A stretch of 62,794 bases of DNA, the filler included, from an uncultured Synergistales bacterium (GTDB lineage Bacteria > Synergistota > Synergistia > Synergistales > Aminobacteriaceae), in NCBI GenBank assembly GCA_937897575.1. It is 7 parts of 7 records of this genome, joined end to end, with 100 filler letters (N's around TTAATTAATTAA, not from the genome) between each part and the next. Parts side by side here need not be neighbours in the genome. Positions count along the whole stretch, not along the records: positions 57,186 to 62,794 come from CALCQG010000009.1; 6 more parts are not named here. One strand, given 5' to 3'. Below the pieces are notes generated by a model. The model had not been told where the DNA came from. It worked only from the letters and a program-made list of their open reading frames with translations, and did no database searches. Made by a program: the position numbers and the translations under genes. The first letter of the stretch is position 1; each line of letters begins with the position of its first letter. This document shows positions 60,081-62,794 of the stretch, in pieces.

Positions 60081-61336
60081 ACGGGCGCGAGAGAATTCCC
60101 GCGGAACACAGGAGCGTCGTGGTCGTGGGCGGAGGCCCAGCCGGCCTCGCGGCGGCCATCGCGGCGAAGGAGCATGGGTGCGACGACGTCCTGCTCGTGG
60201 AGCGGGACCACATTCTGGGCGGCATCCTGAACCAGTGCATCCACGACGGCTTCGGCCTGCACACCTTCAAGGAGGCCCTGTCGGGCCCCGAGTACGCCGA
60301 CCGCTTCATCCGGAAACTTCGGGGCCTGCACATCGAGACGGCCGAGGGGACCATCGTGCTGAGCCTCTCGCCGGACCGGGTGCTCGAGGTGAGCACGAGA
60401 GGGGCGCTCCGGAGGATCGAGGCCGACGCCGTGGTGCTCGCCATGGGGTGCAGGGAGCGCACCAGGGGCGCCATCTCCATCCCTGGGCGGAGGCCCTCGG
60501 GGGTCTACACCGCCGGTGCCGCGCAGAACTTCATGAACCTGGAGAACATCATGGTGGGCAGGAACGTGGCCATCCTCGGATCGGGGGATATCGGCCTCAT
60601 CATGGCCCGACGGATGACCCTCGAAGGGGCCCGGGTGGAGGCGGTCTTCGAGATTCTTCCCTACTCGAGCGGCTTGCCCAGGAACATCCAGCAGTGCCTG
60701 AACGACTACAACATCCCGCTCTTCCTGAACACCACCGTGACGGAGATCCTCGGGGCGGGGCGCCTCGAGGGAATCAAAGTGGCCCAGGTGGGTTCGGACC
60801 GCGCCCCGATCTGCGACACGGAGCGGTTCGTCCCCTGCGATACGCTGCTGCTCTCCGTGGGGCTCATCCCCGAGAACGAGCTGACCCGGGAGGCCGGGGT
60901 CGCCATCGACCCCGTGACGAGCGGGGCCGTCGTGGACGACCGCTTCATGACCTCCGTCCCGGGGATCTTTTCCTGCGGAAACGTGCTCCACGTCCACGAC
61001 CTCGTGGACTGGGTCTCCGTCGAGGCGGCCCAAGCTGGAGCCTTCGCCGCCGAGTACGCCGGATCGGGACGGAGAACGGCGGAGCGCACTATCTCCGTCG
61101 TGCCGGGCGCCGGGGTCCGCTACACGCTGCCTCAGGCCCTGTCGGGCGATCAAGCCTGCACCCTGTCCCTTCGGGTGCAGGAACCCTGGCGGGACCGGTC
61201 CGTCGTGGTGACGGACAACGGGCGCGAGGTGGCCAGAAAGAGGATGATGCGCCTTCACCCGGCGGAGATGATCCGGCTGGATATCGCGGTGGAGGCGCTT
61301 TCGGGGTGTTCTTCGCTGGAGGTGTCCGTCGGATGA
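60077..61336 (+). CDS. NAD(P)/FAD-dependent pyridine nucleotide-disulfide-type oxidoreductase
   Basis: GGGPAGLAAA, GGILNQCIH.GFG, MGCRER, GSGDIGLIMARR, CGNVLHVHDLVD. Confidence 0.92.
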   Translation: MNGRERIPAEHRSVVVVGGGPAGLAAAIAAKEHGCDDVLLVERDHILGGILNQCIHDGFGLHTFKEALSGPEYADRFIRKLRGLHIETAEGTIVLSLSPDRVLEVSTRGALRRIEADAVVLAMGCRERTRGAISIPGRRPSGVYTAGAAQNFMNLENIMVGRNVAILGSGDIGLIMARRMTLEGARVEAVFEILPYSSGLPRNIQQCLNDYNIPLFLNTTVTEILGAGRLEGIKVAQVGSDRAPICDTERFVPCDTLLLSVGLIPENELTREAGVAIDPVTSGAVVDDRFMTSVPGIFSCGNVLHVHDLVDWVSVEAAQAGAFAAEYAGSGRRTAERTISVVPGAGVRYTLPQALSGDQACTLSLRVQEPWRDRSVVVTDNGREVARKRMMRLHPAEMIRLDIAVEALSGCSSLEVSVG

Positions 61337-61755
61337 GCGCGAGAGAGTTCACCTGCGTCGTCTGCCCCAACGGGTGCTCCATCGTCGTCGAGGTGGACGA
61401 CGACGAAACGCCGGTGGTGGCGAAGGTCCGGGGCAACGTCTGCAAGAGGGGCGAGGAGTGGGCCCGGCAGGAGGTGGAGAACCCTCTGCGCACCATCGCG
61501 TCGAGCGTCTCCGTCTCGGGCGGCGATTTTCCCCTCGCCAGCGTCCGGACGACGCGTCCTATTCCGCTGGGGAAGATCCGGGACGTCATGGAGACAATCC
61601 GACAGGTCACCCTTGCTGCCCCCGTCGAAATTGGCGATGTGGTGCTCGTCTCGCCCGCGGGGTGCGACACGGAGGTCATCGCCACGCGAGGCGTGGGATC
61701 CGCTTCCCGGGACGTTCGACGAGCCGCGAAGGCGAAGGGCGGAATGAAGGAATAG
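61333..61755 (+). CDS. DUF1667 family Cys-rich protein
   Basis: TCVVCPNGC..GNVCKRG, NPLRTI, APVEIGDV. Confidence 0.88.
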   Translation: MSAREFTCVVCPNGCSIVVEVDDDETPVVAKVRGNVCKRGEEWARQEVENPLRTIASSVSVSGGDFPLASVRTTRPIPLGKIRDVMETIRQVTLAAPVEIGDVVLVSPAGCDTEVIATRGVGSASRDVRRAAKAKGGMKE

Positions 61756-61993
61756 GCAAAATGCACGATGCAATAAATTTTATGCTATGGTAGTTACGAG
61801 ATATGTGGTAAAAAGGAGAGCGGACAACCTGATTTCTGCGGAGAGATTCTTCACCTGACAGAGGAACGGATCGTGCCGCAGGACCTGAAGGACCTGCGAT
61901 CATCGATGTCGGCGCGGAGGAGACCGGTCCGGCGATTCTAGGCAGGAGAGGTTCTCTGCCGTGCGATCGATTCAAAGGGGGAGGATGGAAAAA

Positions 61994-62794
61994 ATGGGCT
62001 ACAGGAAATGGGATCACGGGACGCTGGTGAGGCTCTGCCATGACGCCTTCGAGAAGTTCGGCTTCACGAAGGAGGAGAGCCGCATCATCACCGACGTCCT
62101 GCTGCTGAGCGATCTCTACGGGATAGAGAGCCACGGGATGCAGCGCATGGCGCGGTACTACAAGAGCATCCAGAAGGGCATGATCAAAGTGGACGCCAAG
62201 CCCGAGGTCGTCTTCGAGACGCCACTGTCCGCCGTTATCGACGGTCACGACGGCATGGGGCAGCTGATCGGCCACAGGGCGATGGAGTTGGCGATTCAGA
62301 AGGCCAGGAAGAGCGGTGTGGGCCTGGTCACGGCGCGGGAGTCGAACCACTACGGCATCGCCGGCTACTACGCGAAGATGGCCTGCGACGAGGGGCTTAT
62401 GGGCATGAGCTTCACGAACAGCACGGCCATCATGGTGCCGACCTACGGCCGGATGGCCATGCTGGGGAGCAACCCCGTGGCCTGCTCCATGCCCGCCGAG
62501 CCCTACCCCTTCTTTTTCGACGCCTCCACGACGGTGGTCACGAGAGGGAAGCTCGAGGTGTACAACAAGATGGGCGAGCCCCTGCCCGACGGCTGGGCCC
62601 TCGACAAGGACGGTCACCCGTCGACGGACGCGTCGGATGTCCTGAAGAACATCGTGGGCAAGAAGGGCGGCGGCATCATGCCCCTCGGCGGCAGCACGGA
62701 GCTGCTCGGAAGCCACAAGGGCTACGGCTTCGGGATGCTCAGCGAGATCTTCTCGGCCATTCTCTCCCTGGGGATGACGAGCAACCACACATCC
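61994..62794 (+). CDS. Ldh_2 family (type 2 malate/L-lactate/ureidoglycolate-like) dehydrogenase, runs off window; not in the ORF track
   Basis: MGYRKWD..DLYGIESHG, DGHDGMG, SNHYG.AGYY, GSNP, GWALD..G, PLGG...GSHKGYG. Confidence 0.93.
   Translation, partial: MGYRKWDHGTLVRLCHDAFEKFGFTKEESRIITDVLLLSDLYGIESHGMQRMARYYKSIQKGMIKVDAKPEVVFETPLSAVIDGHDGMGQLIGHRAMELAIQKARKSGVGLVTARESNHYGIAGYYAKMACDEGLMGMSFTNSTAIMVPTYGRMAMLGSNPVACSMPAEPYPFFFDASTTVVTRGKLEVYNKMGEPLPDGWALDKDGHPSTDASDVLKNIVGKKGGGIMPLGGSTELLGSHKGYGFGMLSEIFSAILSLGMTSNHTS

Noticed and set aside
61810..61960. Glycine riboswitch (GGAGAG motifs)
   Set aside because: Lacks the CCGAAG and CTCTCAGG elements of the aptamer
61676..62788. 370-aa minus-strand ORF
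   Set aside because: Antisense to the real Ldh_2 gene, which the ORF track omits because it lacks a stop within the window
1..62794. CRISPR arrays, tRNA/rRNA, transposases, prophage genes, selenoprotein UGA readthrough
   Set aside because: None recognised by eye; tRNAscan, Infernal and bSECISearch would be needed to exclude them

Overview
The window is a pseudo-scaffold of seven unrelated contigs (1-6403, 6504-8596, 8697-10445, 10546-27070, 27171-49499, 49600-57085, 57186-62794) joined by 100-nt N/TTAATTAATTAA/N linkers, so adjacency across gaps means nothing. It comes from a high-GC anaerobic bacterium. Gene content (amino-acid fermentation, many TRAP/TTT transporters, AsmA/TamB-type envelope protein, selA) suggests Synergistota, which is an inference. 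Contents: a housekeeping block (xseB-ispA-dxs-tlyA-nadK-recN, rpmB, thiN, ftsK); yedF/selA; a SoxB-like hydrolase; a phosphate/polyphosphate/phospholipid cluster (PlcP/LpxH-like, frameshifted ppk1, CHAD, metallophosphoesterase-HD fusion, ppx, psd, pssA) with candidate Pho boxes; a DnaA-box cluster close to rsmG-parA (candidate oriC); a 2-oxoacid oxidoreductase/SucCD-like/Thr-Ser dehydratase operon running into a lower-GC catabolic island (TTT plus His-rich LVIVD protein, TAXI-TRAP, LarA, two-subunit aconitase X, DctPQM); a short Ski2-like helicase with a probable CTG start; a second LarA; and a frameshifted FadR/GntR regulator divergent from a GlpA-like oxidoreductase triad and an Ldh_2 dehydrogenase. 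No rRNA, tRNA, CRISPR or transposase was recognised. All product calls come from motif reading by eye; no database search was run.
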